From NCBI GenBank assembly GCA_965223265.1, contig OZ244999.1, positions 8,000,001 to 8,064,000 of the forward strand: DNA of 64,000 nt, written 5' to 3'. The number at the start of each line of letters is the position of its first letter. The stretch's first letter is position 1. The notes under the pieces are model-generated. The model was not told the DNA's origin and did no database searches. It worked only from the letters and a program-made list of their open reading frames with translations. This DNA comes from Planctomycetota bacterium (GTDB lineage: Bacteria > Planctomycetota > UBA8108 > SXIK01). Below, in pieces: positions 8,472 through 18,110 of the stretch. The position numbers and the translations under genes were made by a program.

Positions 8472-10811
8472 ATGAAACGCGGAACTGAGAGTACGGACGG
8501 TGCCATGGCAGGTCTTCTCGACGCGGTGCGATCGATCGCCACTGCTAGTCTCTACGTACGCGATCTGTCGGACGATACGTTCATCGCTGTCAGCGAGGGT
8601 TGGCTGGCGCTCACCGGTTATGAGCGAGCCGACGTTGAATCGCGGCATGGTTTTTGGCGCGAACGGATCCACGAGGAGGACCGCAGGAGCGTCGAGCGTG
8701 CCGGTGCCGGGCGCGACGGCCACCACGAACTGCAGTACCGATTCCGCCGAGCCGACGGCGGCTACGTGTGGATTCGCGACATCGCGGCGCCCGGCGCAAA
8801 GGCAGCGGACGCGTCCGCACCGAACCAGCTGCAGGGTTCGTGGGTCTCGATCGCGACCGAGAAGTCGCTCGCGAACGAGCTGGCGTCCTCCCGGCGAGCG
8901 CTGGACGATCTCAGCAAGAAAGCCGACGACGTCGCCGAGAGTAAGTACGCCTTTCTTGCCACCATGAGTCAGGAGATCCGTTCCCCTCTCTACGGAATGA
9001 CCGGAACGCTCGAGCTGCTCCTTGAGACGGAGCTCTCCGACGACCAAGAACGTTTGGTGAAGACCGTCCTGGAGTCAGGCGAGAATCTCCTCAGCCTCAT
9101 CGACAACACGCTGGACATCTCCAAGATCGAAGACGGTACGTTCTGGCTGCAGCAGATCGAATTCGATGTCCGCGAGCTCGTCGAGGACGCCGTCGACCTC
9201 TTCGCCGCCAGCGCGATGCAGAAAAATGTCGAGCTCGCTGGTTCCCTCGCGCCAGACATTCCGGCGCGCGTGCATGGCGATCCGGCGCGCCTCGGCCAAG
9301 TGATCAGCACACTCATCCAGACAGCGGTCGACTCCATCGAATGGGGTTCCGTTCTCGTCACGGTCGCGGTCGACGAAGTGACCGACGGTACGGCGCGGAT
9401 TGTCTTCGAGGTCGAGGATAAAGGCGTCGGAATCGACGTCTCATCACAAGAGGAAGTCTTTGATGAGCATTCTCAACCTGCCAGCCGCTACCACGGCGCG
9501 GCCCTTAGCATGGCCATTTGTCGTGAGCTCGTGCAGCTTATGGGCGGCCACGTGACCGTCGAAGCGAACGAGGATCGTCGTTCTGCCCTCCGTTTCTCTG
9601 TGCCGCTTGAGATCATCAGGCCCGCCGTCGCGCACGCACAGCTTGCCGTCGAAAGGGTTCTCGTTGTCCAGCAGGAGGACATCACGTCCGAAGTGCTGGC
9701 GCGGTACTTGGTCGAGCTCGGCGCGAGCTGCACTTTCGCGCGAACCACTCAGAACGCACTGCGAACTCTTGCAGAAGCTTCTGAGTCTGAGTCTGGAGGG
9801 TTCGACGCGCTCGTCGTCGATGTTGGTTTGGCCCGCAGCGATGAGCTTCTCGCCGGGCTGCGACGAGGTCCGCATGCCCAGCTTCCAGTCATCGGGTTGC
9901 ATGGGCCGAAGGTCGATGCGAAGAGCGCCGAGTTCGCAGCAGTCAGTACATGGGTGCCGAAGCCCGTGCGCCGTGAACGGTTGATCGAAGCCTTCGCCGC
10001 CGCGACAGGCGCTGCTGAAGTCGTGAGCGCGAGTTTGGGTCGAGTTCTCGTCGCAGAGGACCGTGCGCTCCAGCAACAGTTGACCCGCGATCTCCTCGAG
10101 TCGCACGTTGACCAGCTTGAGTTCGCCCCGAGCGGAGACGAGGTACGGAGCGCACTCTGCACACAGCCGCGGCGCTACGACGTTGCCTTCGTCGTACCCA
10201 AGCTTCCCGACGCGGAAGGTTCTGAACTCATCGCTCAGTTGCGCAGCTGGGAACATGCGAACAAAGCCAAACCGATGAAGATCGTCGCTCTCGTTGGCGA
10301 CGTGCCAGACTGCGAGCGTGAGGCCTACATCGCAGCAGGGGCTGACGAGCTGCTCGCGAAGACAGCCGCCGAAAGTGAGGTGTCGCGGCTCGTCGAAGTG
10401 CTCGGTATTGGTGGGTCCGCTCCCCAGACCTCGCGTCCGTCAGCCTCTATGGGACCGCCGATCGATGCGGAGCTGCTGAGTCAACTGCGGAGCTTTCTCG
10501 CCGACGATTTCGGCCTCCTGGTCGAGGAGGCGGTGGTCGAAGTTCCCGCGCTGGTGAAGGAGATCGAGAAATCGGCGCAGGCGTGTGACGTCGTGCGGCT
10601 GCGCGACGTGACGACGAAGCTCAAGCGGCTCTGTCATCACATCGGGGCCGAACCACTTGCAGGAATCGCTCACGAGCTGCTCGTAACGGACGACGATGGC
10701 CAGATGAGCGGCGTCGACAAGTGGTTGCACGCCACCCGCGTCGAGGCGGGGCGGCTTGTCGACATGCTGCAAGACCTCTTGACCAAGAAGACGGCGGTCG
10801 AAGAAAGCTAG
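8472..10811 (+). CDS. PAS - HisKA - HATPase - REC - REC - HPt hybrid sensor kinase-like protein with degenerate active sites
   Basis: PAS/PAC (IHEEDR...YRFRRADGGYVWIRD), FLATMSQEIRSPL, LDISKIE, GDPARLGQV, two receiver-like domains, HPt-like helix bundle. Start uncertain (8472 or 8505). Confidence 0.85.
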   Translation: MKRGTESTDGAMAGLLDAVRSIATASLYVRDLSDDTFIAVSEGWLALTGYERADVESRHGFWRERIHEEDRRSVERAGAGRDGHHELQYRFRRADGGYVWIRDIAAPGAKAADASAPNQLQGSWVSIATEKSLANELASSRRALDDLSKKADDVAESKYAFLATMSQEIRSPLYGMTGTLELLLETELSDDQERLVKTVLESGENLLSLIDNTLDISKIEDGTFWLQQIEFDVRELVEDAVDLFAASAMQKNVELAGSLAPDIPARVHGDPARLGQVISTLIQTAVDSIEWGSVLVTVAVDEVTDGTARIVFEVEDKGVGIDVSSQEEVFDEHSQPASRYHGAALSMAICRELVQLMGGHVTVEANEDRRSALRFSVPLEIIRPAVAHAQLAVERVLVVQQEDITSEVLARYLVELGASCTFARTTQNALRTLAEASESESGGFDALVVDVGLARSDELLAGLRRGPHAQLPVIGLHGPKVDAKSAEFAAVSTWVPKPVRRERLIEAFAAATGAAEVVSASLGRVLVAEDRALQQQLTRDLLESHVDQLEFAPSGDEVRSALCTQPRRYDVAFVVPKLPDAEGSELIAQLRSWEHANKAKPMKIVALVGDVPDCEREAYIAAGADELLAKTAAESEVSRLVEVLGIGGSAPQTSRPSASMGPPIDAELLSQLRSFLADDFGLLVEEAVVEVPALVKEIEKSAQACDVVRLRDVTTKLKRLCHHIGAEPLAGIAHELLVTDDDGQMSGVDKWLHATRVEAGRLVDMLQDLLTKKTAVEES

Positions 10812-11231
10812 GCCGCACTCTGCGCCGCTACCCCTGAGGATCTTGCCTGTGTGCAGAGATGCCTCTCGCGTGGCAGGTCCAGGGTGAGGCACGACCCAGG
10901 CAGGGTGAGACGACGCACGGGAGTGCCTCGCGCTGCATGTGGTCGAGGGCGAAGCAAGCGCTGTGTTTTCTTCGCCGAGCGATTCGTCGCTCCTAGCGCT
11001 AGGTGCGCATTTCTCACCAGATTCCTACTGCGAGCCGTAAGTCGCTCCGTGGACTGCGTCCGACTTCACGCTTCGATCCTCAATGTGCAGGAAGCACGCC
11101 TGCGGTCGAATCGCAAAGTCTTCCTTGCCACGACACGACTTACGGGTGAGAAACGCGGGCTGGAATTCTGGCGCGCGGCAAGGCTTGCGCGGGCGCGCTG
11201 CTGTCGGTAGAAGCGACGCAGGAGGATTTCC

Positions 11232-11603
11232 ATGGCTCGCCGCCGCCGCACGCGTTCGCCTTTCGCAGTCTTCACCGCACTCGGCATTGTCTCTGTGTTC
11301 CTTCTCGGTGCGCTGTTGCGTTTCCTCGCGAGTTGGCACTGGGTGTGGTGCTATCTCGCCGCAGTCTCGCTCACCGTGTTTTTCTATTACGGCATCGACA
11401 AAGCGCTGGCCCGGAGTCAGGCGCGCCGACGCATCCCTGAGAAGACGCTCCACTTTTTTGCGCTGATCGGTGGAACTCCCGGCGCATTTCTTGGTCAGCA
11501 GCTTTTTCGCCACAAGACGGTCAAGAGTCGCTTTCGGCTTGTCTTTTGGCTTGTCGTCGTCTTTCAGCTTGGTCTTGTCGGCGTTTGGCTTTGGTGGAGT
11601 TGA
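11232..11603 (+). CDS. DUF1294 family membrane protein
   Basis: YGIDKALAR...RIPEKTLH...GGTPGAFLGQQLFRHKT. AGGAGG RBS upstream. Confidence 0.85.
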   Translation: MARRRRTRSPFAVFTALGIVSVFLLGALLRFLASWHWVWCYLAAVSLTVFFYYGIDKALARSQARRRIPEKTLHFFALIGGTPGAFLGQQLFRHKTVKSRFRLVFWLVVVFQLGLVGVWLWWS

Positions 11604-11762
11604 ACGGCGCGCTGAGCGACTTGGCCGCATCTTCGTTCGTGGTGGCCTGCGGAACAGTCGGTGGACACCGAGCCTGCACGGGACCCATTTTTGTTTTTTT
11701 TGGGCGTCCGCAGTTTTTCCGCGGCGTAATATGGGGGGCCGTGAATGATGGAGGTTGTACAG

Positions 11763-12233
11763 ATGAGAAACACGCGGAACCGTCGATGGTCGGCGCTGCG
11801 CCGGCTGTGCGCACTGAGCCACGGGCGTTCGAGGCCTTGGTTCTGCGGTCGGTTACAGCAAGCCGGTATTCTCTTTGTGCTCGCGACGGGCGCCGGCTGC
11901 GTGTCGAACGCCGAGATCGACCAGCGTATGGATGAGTACTTTCTGACGCAGGAGATGGTCGAAGCTTGGTTCGATCGCGAGATTGCCACCGAGACCGATC
12001 CGCAGATTCAGAAAGATCTGAGGCGCCAAGCGAAGGCCACGTCCCTTCGACTTGCCGTGGCTGGTCTTCTGTTTGGCTCGCCGCAACCGCCGTTCGAAAA
12101 GATCGAAGCCGCGGTGGCGCAGGCGCGGGAGATTCAACTGCGGATCCTGCGACGGCGAAACGAGCGCAGCGGCGCTCGCGCAGACACGCCGGTGGCGACA
12201 CGAATGTCACTGAGTGAGAAATCTGTTCGCTGA
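11763..12233 (+). CDS. Hypothetical protein, possible lipoprotein
   Basis: GGAGG RBS, lipobox-like ILFVLATGAGC, helical body. Confidence 0.5.
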   Translation: MRNTRNRRWSALRRLCALSHGRSRPWFCGRLQQAGILFVLATGAGCVSNAEIDQRMDEYFLTQEMVEAWFDREIATETDPQIQKDLRRQAKATSLRLAVAGLLFGSPQPPFEKIEAAVAQAREIQLRILRRRNERSGARADTPVATRMSLSEKSVR

Positions 12234-12276
12234 ATCGGGTTGTTCAGCGGAGAAAGAGCAACGAAAGGAGTTTGAC

Positions 12277-12726
12277 GTGAGACGAAGTGTGCCGTTTTTC
12301 CGCGTCGCGGGAATCGTTTGTTTGGGCGTCTTGATCGCAGCGCCGTTCGCAGCGCTGGAGCGCGGCCCGATCGCCGCGGCAGACGCCGCCGACAAAGGGC
12401 GCGTCTTCGAACAGCGCGTCTACTTCTGCAATTCGGGTCTGCTGGACGATCTCCACGCGCGCTTTCGAAATCACACGAACTATCTCTTCGTCAAGCACGG
12501 CATGAGCCTCATCGGCTACTGGACGCCCGTCGACGAGAAGGACACACTGGTCTATATCCTCGCGTATCCAAGCCAGGAGGCGCGGGAGAAGTCGTGGCAA
12601 GCGTTCCGGGATGATCCGGTTTGGAAAGCCGTGTTCGCCGCGTCACGTGAGAAAGCCGGTGGTGCGCTCGTCAAGAAGGTCGAGTCGACGTTCCTACGCC
12701 CCACCGACTACTCGCCGATCCGGTAG
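12277..12726 (+). CDS. NIPSNAP family protein with signal peptide
   Basis: FEQRVY, LHARFRNHT, IGYW, LVYILAY, WQAFRDDPVW, PTDYSP. GTG start after AAGGAG. Confidence 0.88.
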   Translation: MRRSVPFFRVAGIVCLGVLIAAPFAALERGPIAAADAADKGRVFEQRVYFCNSGLLDDLHARFRNHTNYLFVKHGMSLIGYWTPVDEKDTLVYILAYPSQEAREKSWQAFRDDPVWKAVFAASREKAGGALVKKVESTFLRPTDYSPIR

Positions 12727-13027
12727 GGCGCCCCCGGCGGGGTTTGAGTCGAATGTTCGGCCTGCGACCTTTTTGCGGTTGGCCCGTTGCCGTCGCGGTT
12801 TAGTCCCGCACCTCAGCGCCGGGGAATCGAGCTGTCGAACTCGCGGCAGGCTCAATTCTGGGGTCGCCAACCAAGAGGGACCGACGAGCGATGGTAGACC
12901 GGTGCCCTTCATTCGGCGATTTCCCGGTTTCGGTCGATGCGTGTGGCATAATCGGTGGGGAGAGGTCAGAGCCGGCGCGGGAACGCCCGAGCTCGAAGGT
13001 AAGCGAGGACGCGGAAAGCCGGAAACT

Positions 13028-16000
13028 ATGCACAGTTGTTGTCGTTTTCGCTTTGTTCCAACGCGGACGATCGCTCGTCCCACCAAACGGTGCGTCAGGC
13101 TGCTCGAGGCGCTGACCCTGCTCCTGTGGCTGGCGAGCGTTCGATCGTCTGCGTTCGCCGACGAGACGTTCTTCGTCTCGTTCGGTAGCGAGTGGCGGTT
13201 CTTTCGAGGTCTTGAGGAACCCACACCCGAGTCGCCTGCGGCCTGGCGCAGCGTTGATTTCGACGACGCAGCATGGGACGTCGGTGCAGCGCCGCTGGGT
13301 TACGGTTTCGACGAGCTTGGAACCGACCTCAACGCGTCCGAGCCGCCGATGGAGGGGAACTACCTCTCCCTCTACGTGCGGCAAAGATTCAGCCTCTCGG
13401 AGCTCGATCGCATTGAGTCGTTGGAGGCGCGCGTCATCGCCGACGACGGTGCCATCGTTTGGCTCAACGGCACTGAGATCGCTCGCATCAATGCGCCCGG
13501 CGATCCAGGCGACCACATCCCATTCGATGAACGGGCCGCGCGCGCGCAGCTGAATCGGCGGGCGCACATCTTTCCGCTCGAAGACTTTCGTGATCTGATC
13601 GACGAAGGCGCGAACGTCCTTGCGGCCCAGGGCCTCAATCGATCGCTGACAAGCAATGACATGCGCCTCGCCATCGAGCTCGTCGACCGCTTCGGACCGG
13701 ACCGCACGCCGCCGGAGCTTGCCGGCGTCGTACCCGTGCCGCAGACGACGACGCGAACTCTCCAGCTCGTGCACGTCGACTTTGGCGAGCCAGTGAGCGG
13801 TGTCGATGCGCTCGATCTGCTGATGAACTCTGCACCGGCACTGAAGGTGCGATCCGATCCGAGCGGTCGTCACTATCGTTTCCTTTTCGCGCCGCCATCG
13901 CCGGGTGCCGTCGAGCTCGCCTGGGCGCTCGACCACTTGATTCTCGACCGCGCCGAAATACCGAACGCGTTCGCTGGCGGCAGTTGGAGCTACCGCTACG
14001 CGCCTGACGAGCCGTTGCCGGCGGTTGTCATCAGCGAGGTCAGCGCTGCCAGTGGCGCTCTCCGCGATGAAAACGGCGACGGCGCCGATTGGATCGAACT
14101 ACAGAACGTCGGCGATACGCTGGTCGACCTCGCGGGCTACGCGCTGAGCGACGACCCGGAGCGCCCCGATCGCTGGCGTCTGCCGACGCTACGCCTCGAG
14201 CCCGGCGCCTTTCTTCTCGTGCTTGCAACCGGCAAAGACCGAGCCGATCCCGCTGCGGAACTCCACGCCAGTTTTAAACTGGATCCCGATGGCGACTCCG
14301 TCTTCTTGTTTTCAAACGACGCGCCGCGACAGCTCGTCGCCGCGCTGCGTGATTACCCCGAGCAGCGCGGTCAACTCTCTTACGGTCGCAAGCGAAGTGG
14401 TGAACTCTCCTACTTCGCAACCCCCACGCCGGGCTCGCCCAACGTCGAGGAGGATGCGATCGATGGCGGCTTCGTCAGCGATCCCGAATTCAGCGTCGAG
14501 CATGGTCACTTCGAGGAGGCTTTCAGCGTTGAGCTCAGTTGCGCCACGACAGACGCGGAACTCTTCTACACCTTGGACGGCAGTTGGCCGACCCCGGAGA
14601 GCGCCCGATACTCCGGGCCTATCGAGATTGACGGCGAGCCTCGACGCGGTGCCGCTGTCCTGCGTGCGACGGCCTTCAAGTCGGGAATGGTTGCCTCGCG
14701 TACGATCACGCGCACCTTCATTTTTCCGACGCACGTGCTGACACAGCCCGCCGACCCAGATGGTTTCCCCGGCACATGGCGCGGCGCGGCGCGCACGTTC
14801 TACGGCATGAGTGCAGCGATCGTGAATGATCCGCGCAACGCGGACCTTTTTCCGGAGGCGTTACTGGCGCTGCCGAGCGTCTCGATCGTCGCCGACGTCG
14901 AAGATCTCTTCGGCGGCACCGGCCTCTACTCGAACCCGACGAGTTCCGGCATCGACTGGGAGCGCCCTGGCTCCGTCGAATTGATCGACCCGACCGGGGA
15001 GGAGAGCTTTCAGGTCAACTGCGGCCTGCGCATCCAAGGCGGCGCCAGCCGCGGTCCCAGCAATTCGCCGAAGCACAGTTTTCGCCTACTCTTCAAATCG
15101 GACTACGGGCCGAGCCGGCTGTCGTTTCCTCTCTTCGGGCGTAGCCGCGTCGAAGAGTTTGATACGTTGATCCTGCGTGCCGGCTACAACAACAGCTGGA
15201 TTCACAGTGACACCTCGCAGAATCGACGCGCCACCTATCTACGCGACCAGTGGGCTCGCGACACGCTGCGCGACATGGGCCAGCCGTCGGCGCGTGGTCG
15301 CTTCGTCCATCTCTATCTCAACGGCCTCTACTGGGGGATCTACAACCTCGTCGAACGTCCGAGCGGCCCGTTTGCCGCCGCCCATCTCGGCGGCAGGCGT
15401 GAGGATTGGGACGCTCTCAACTCTGCGAGCCCCGTCGATGGTGATTCCGCGGCGTGGAGGCAGCTGACGAGCGACGCGCAGGCGGCAACGGGCGAAGACA
15501 AGGAATACTTCGCGATTCTCGATCGTCTCGACGAGACGAACTTCATCGACTACATGTTGACGAACTACTATTGCTCCAACTCCGACTGGCCGCACCACAA
15601 CTGGTATGCAGCGCGACGTCGGGTCGTCGGCGCCGGGTATCGATTCTTTAGCTGGGACGCCGAACGTATCCTCGAAGGGCCGAACGAGTCGGCGGTCGGC
15701 CGCAACGACTCGAACTCGCCCGGCGTGATCTCGGTCCGACTGCGCCAACATGCGGAGCATCGCGTGCGCTTCGGCGATCGGGTGCAGCGCCACTGTTTTG
15801 GCGGCGGCGCCCTGACGGCGGCGGCGGTTGCAGCGCGCCTGCGCAGGCGCGCCGACGAGGTCGAGGCGGCCATCGTCGCCGAGTCAGCGCGCTGGGGAAC
15901 CTTTCGGCGCGAGAACGTACCGCTGACTTATCAGGAGAGCTGGCTGCCGGAGTTGCAGCGTCTTTTCGAAGACTATTTTCCCGTTCGACTTCCGGCCCTG

Positions 16001-18091
16001 GTCAGGCAACTGCGCAGTCGCGACATCTACCCGCAACTCGACGCGCCTCTCTTCTCCAAGCATGGAGGCGAAATTCCCGCTGCGTCCGCGCCGCTCTCGA
16101 TGGCGCTCCCCGAGGCGAGCCCGGCGATTGACGTCACGATCTATTTCACGCTCGACGGCAGGGATCCGCGCCTCGCATTCACGGGCGAGGTGTCGCCGTC
16201 GGCGATGGTGTACACCGGAACCTTCTCCGTCACGGCACCGACGACGGTGAGCGCGCGAGCCTTTGGACTCGCAGATGCGGAGGCGACGGAGCTGACGTGG
16301 AGTGCTCTCACGCAGGCGACTTTCTTGCCTGCGGCGGCCGGGCCGGTTGAGGATGTCGTCGTTTCGGAGATCATGTTTCACCCGCGCTCGAGTCCCAGTA
16401 CCTCTGCCACTGACGACTACGAATTCGTCGAGCTCTACAACGCCGGCGGGGATACGGTACGACTGGGTGGACTCGAGTTCTCGCGCGGTATTCGCTTTCG
16501 ATTCGCGCCGGACGACTTCCTCGCGCCGGGCGAGCGCGCGGTCATCGTGGCGCAAGTCGACACGTTCCAGGAGCGCTATCCTGGTGTCCCCATCCTCGGT
16601 GCCTACGGTGGTCGACTGGCGAACGACGGCGAGACGCTCACGCTTTCGACCGCGGACGGGAGCACGATTTTTTCCGTCGATTTCGACGACGAAAAGTTTT
16701 GGCCGGTGGCTGCCGACGGTCTCGGTCGCTCTCTCGTCCTCGAAGAGCTCGATCGGTCGCCGTCCGATCCGCGCGCCTGGCGCGCGAGCACCCACCGAGA
16801 TGGCTCTCCAGCCGCGCCTGAGCCGCCGCCGAGCCACGGCGCGGTCGTGATCAACGAGGTTCTGCATCACGCCGCAGACCGAAGCGGCGGTGCGATCGAG
16901 CTCTTCAACCCGACCCGTTTTGCCGTCGACCTTGGTGGCTGGTTCATGAGTCCGTCGCGCCGCGACGAGGACGATCTCAGAAAGTTTAGGATTCCGCTCG
17001 GCACAACGCTGCCAGCCGGCGGCTATCTTGTGTTCAGTGATGAGCTGTTTCGTTCGTTCGATGGTGATCCGGACGGGTTCGCACTTGAGCCGCGCGGCGG
17101 CGAGATCTTTCTCGTCGCAGCCGACAGTAGCGGCGAGCTCGACGGCTACATCGACGCGGTTGAATTTGGCCCGACGCCGCCGGGGGTGAGCTTTGGCCGT
17201 GTGGAGACGAGCGAGGGCATCGAGTTTACCGCACTCGAGCGTCCTTCCCTCAGCGAAGTCAACGCCGAGCCGCGGGCTCCCGAAGTTGCGATCAACGAGA
17301 TCCACTACCATCCCGTCGACGGCGACGATGAATTCGTGGAACTCTTCAATCCAGGATCGACCGCTGTCGACCTCGCCGGATGGGAGCTCCGGGGCGTGTC
17401 TGCGCCGGACGGCGAGCCGCAGTTTCTCTTCCCGCCTGGCGCCGCGGTGCCGCCGCGGTCGTATCTTCTCGTCGTTCCGGGGGATCCGGAGGCGTATCGG
17501 TCTCGCCACCAGATTCCGACCGACGCTGTCGTCGTCGGACCGTACGGCGGGGCTTTGAGCAACGGTGGTGAGCGCCTCGCGCTCCTCAAACCACTCTCCG
17601 ATCCGGCTGGTGCAGCGGAGGTTGTGGACAGCGTTCGCTATGACGATCGCGCGCCGTGGCCGGTCGCTGCCGACGGCGATGGCGCCAGTCTCGAACGCGT
17701 TCGCTCCTGGAGGCTGGGCGCGGAGGCGCTGAACTGGACTGAGTCGGCCGACGGTCCGACCCCCGGACGCGTCAACGCCGCGGCGCCACCGATCGATCCA
17801 GCCGGTGGCCTGCAGCTTCCCGGAGACGCTACGGAAGACGGCCTGCTGAATGTCTCCGATCCCATCCGGCTGATCGCACACCTTTTCGGCGGCGCCGACG
17901 TGCACGCTGCCTGCGGTGGGAGTGAGGGCGAGCGCGCAAGGGCTGCGCTTGTCGATGCCGACGGCAACGGCGCGAGCGACCTCGGGGACGTAATCTATCT
18001 TCTCAACTATCTGTTTCGGCAGGGCCCCGAGCACGCGCTCGGCGGGCGGTGCGTCGCGCTGCGTGGATGCTCGGCGACCTGTGTCCAGTGA
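13028..18091 (+). CDS. Large secreted lamin-tail-domain / CotH-kinase family protein with C-terminal dockerin-like domain
   Basis: Several LTD repeats (VISEIMFHP...EFVELYN), FYTLDG Fn3-associated modules, CotH motifs RIQGGASR...KHSFRL, YLNGLYWGIY, NSDWPHHNW, WDAE, C-terminal PGDATEDG...DVIYLLNYLF. Start uncertain. Confidence 0.85.
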   Translation: MHSCCRFRFVPTRTIARPTKRCVRLLEALTLLLWLASVRSSAFADETFFVSFGSEWRFFRGLEEPTPESPAAWRSVDFDDAAWDVGAAPLGYGFDELGTDLNASEPPMEGNYLSLYVRQRFSLSELDRIESLEARVIADDGAIVWLNGTEIARINAPGDPGDHIPFDERAARAQLNRRAHIFPLEDFRDLIDEGANVLAAQGLNRSLTSNDMRLAIELVDRFGPDRTPPELAGVVPVPQTTTRTLQLVHVDFGEPVSGVDALDLLMNSAPALKVRSDPSGRHYRFLFAPPSPGAVELAWALDHLILDRAEIPNAFAGGSWSYRYAPDEPLPAVVISEVSAASGALRDENGDGADWIELQNVGDTLVDLAGYALSDDPERPDRWRLPTLRLEPGAFLLVLATGKDRADPAAELHASFKLDPDGDSVFLFSNDAPRQLVAALRDYPEQRGQLSYGRKRSGELSYFATPTPGSPNVEEDAIDGGFVSDPEFSVEHGHFEEAFSVELSCATTDAELFYTLDGSWPTPESARYSGPIEIDGEPRRGAAVLRATAFKSGMVASRTITRTFIFPTHVLTQPADPDGFPGTWRGAARTFYGMSAAIVNDPRNADLFPEALLALPSVSIVADVEDLFGGTGLYSNPTSSGIDWERPGSVELIDPTGEESFQVNCGLRIQGGASRGPSNSPKHSFRLLFKSDYGPSRLSFPLFGRSRVEEFDTLILRAGYNNSWIHSDTSQNRRATYLRDQWARDTLRDMGQPSARGRFVHLYLNGLYWGIYNLVERPSGPFAAAHLGGRREDWDALNSASPVDGDSAAWRQLTSDAQAATGEDKEYFAILDRLDETNFIDYMLTNYYCSNSDWPHHNWYAARRRVVGAGYRFFSWDAERILEGPNESAVGRNDSNSPGVISVRLRQHAEHRVRFGDRVQRHCFGGGALTAAAVAARLRRRADEVEAAIVAESARWGTFRRENVPLTYQESWLPELQRLFEDYFPVRLPALVRQLRSRDIYPQLDAPLFSKHGGEIPAASAPLSMALPEASPAIDVTIYFTLDGRDPRLAFTGEVSPSAMVYTGTFSVTAPTTVSARAFGLADAEATELTWSALTQATFLPAAAGPVEDVVVSEIMFHPRSSPSTSATDDYEFVELYNAGGDTVRLGGLEFSRGIRFRFAPDDFLAPGERAVIVAQVDTFQERYPGVPILGAYGGRLANDGETLTLSTADGSTIFSVDFDDEKFWPVAADGLGRSLVLEELDRSPSDPRAWRASTHRDGSPAAPEPPPSHGAVVINEVLHHAADRSGGAIELFNPTRFAVDLGGWFMSPSRRDEDDLRKFRIPLGTTLPAGGYLVFSDELFRSFDGDPDGFALEPRGGEIFLVAADSSGELDGYIDAVEFGPTPPGVSFGRVETSEGIEFTALERPSLSEVNAEPRAPEVAINEIHYHPVDGDDEFVELFNPGSTAVDLAGWELRGVSAPDGEPQFLFPPGAAVPPRSYLLVVPGDPEAYRSRHQIPTDAVVVGPYGGALSNGGERLALLKPLSDPAGAAEVVDSVRYDDRAPWPVAADGDGASLERVRSWRLGAEALNWTESADGPTPGRVNAAAPPIDPAGGLQLPGDATEDGLLNVSDPIRLIAHLFGGADVHAACGGSEGERARAALVDADGNGASDLGDVIYLLNYLFRQGPEHALGGRCVALRGCSATCVQ

Positions 18092-18110
18092 CGCGCTCTT
18101 GCTGACGCCC

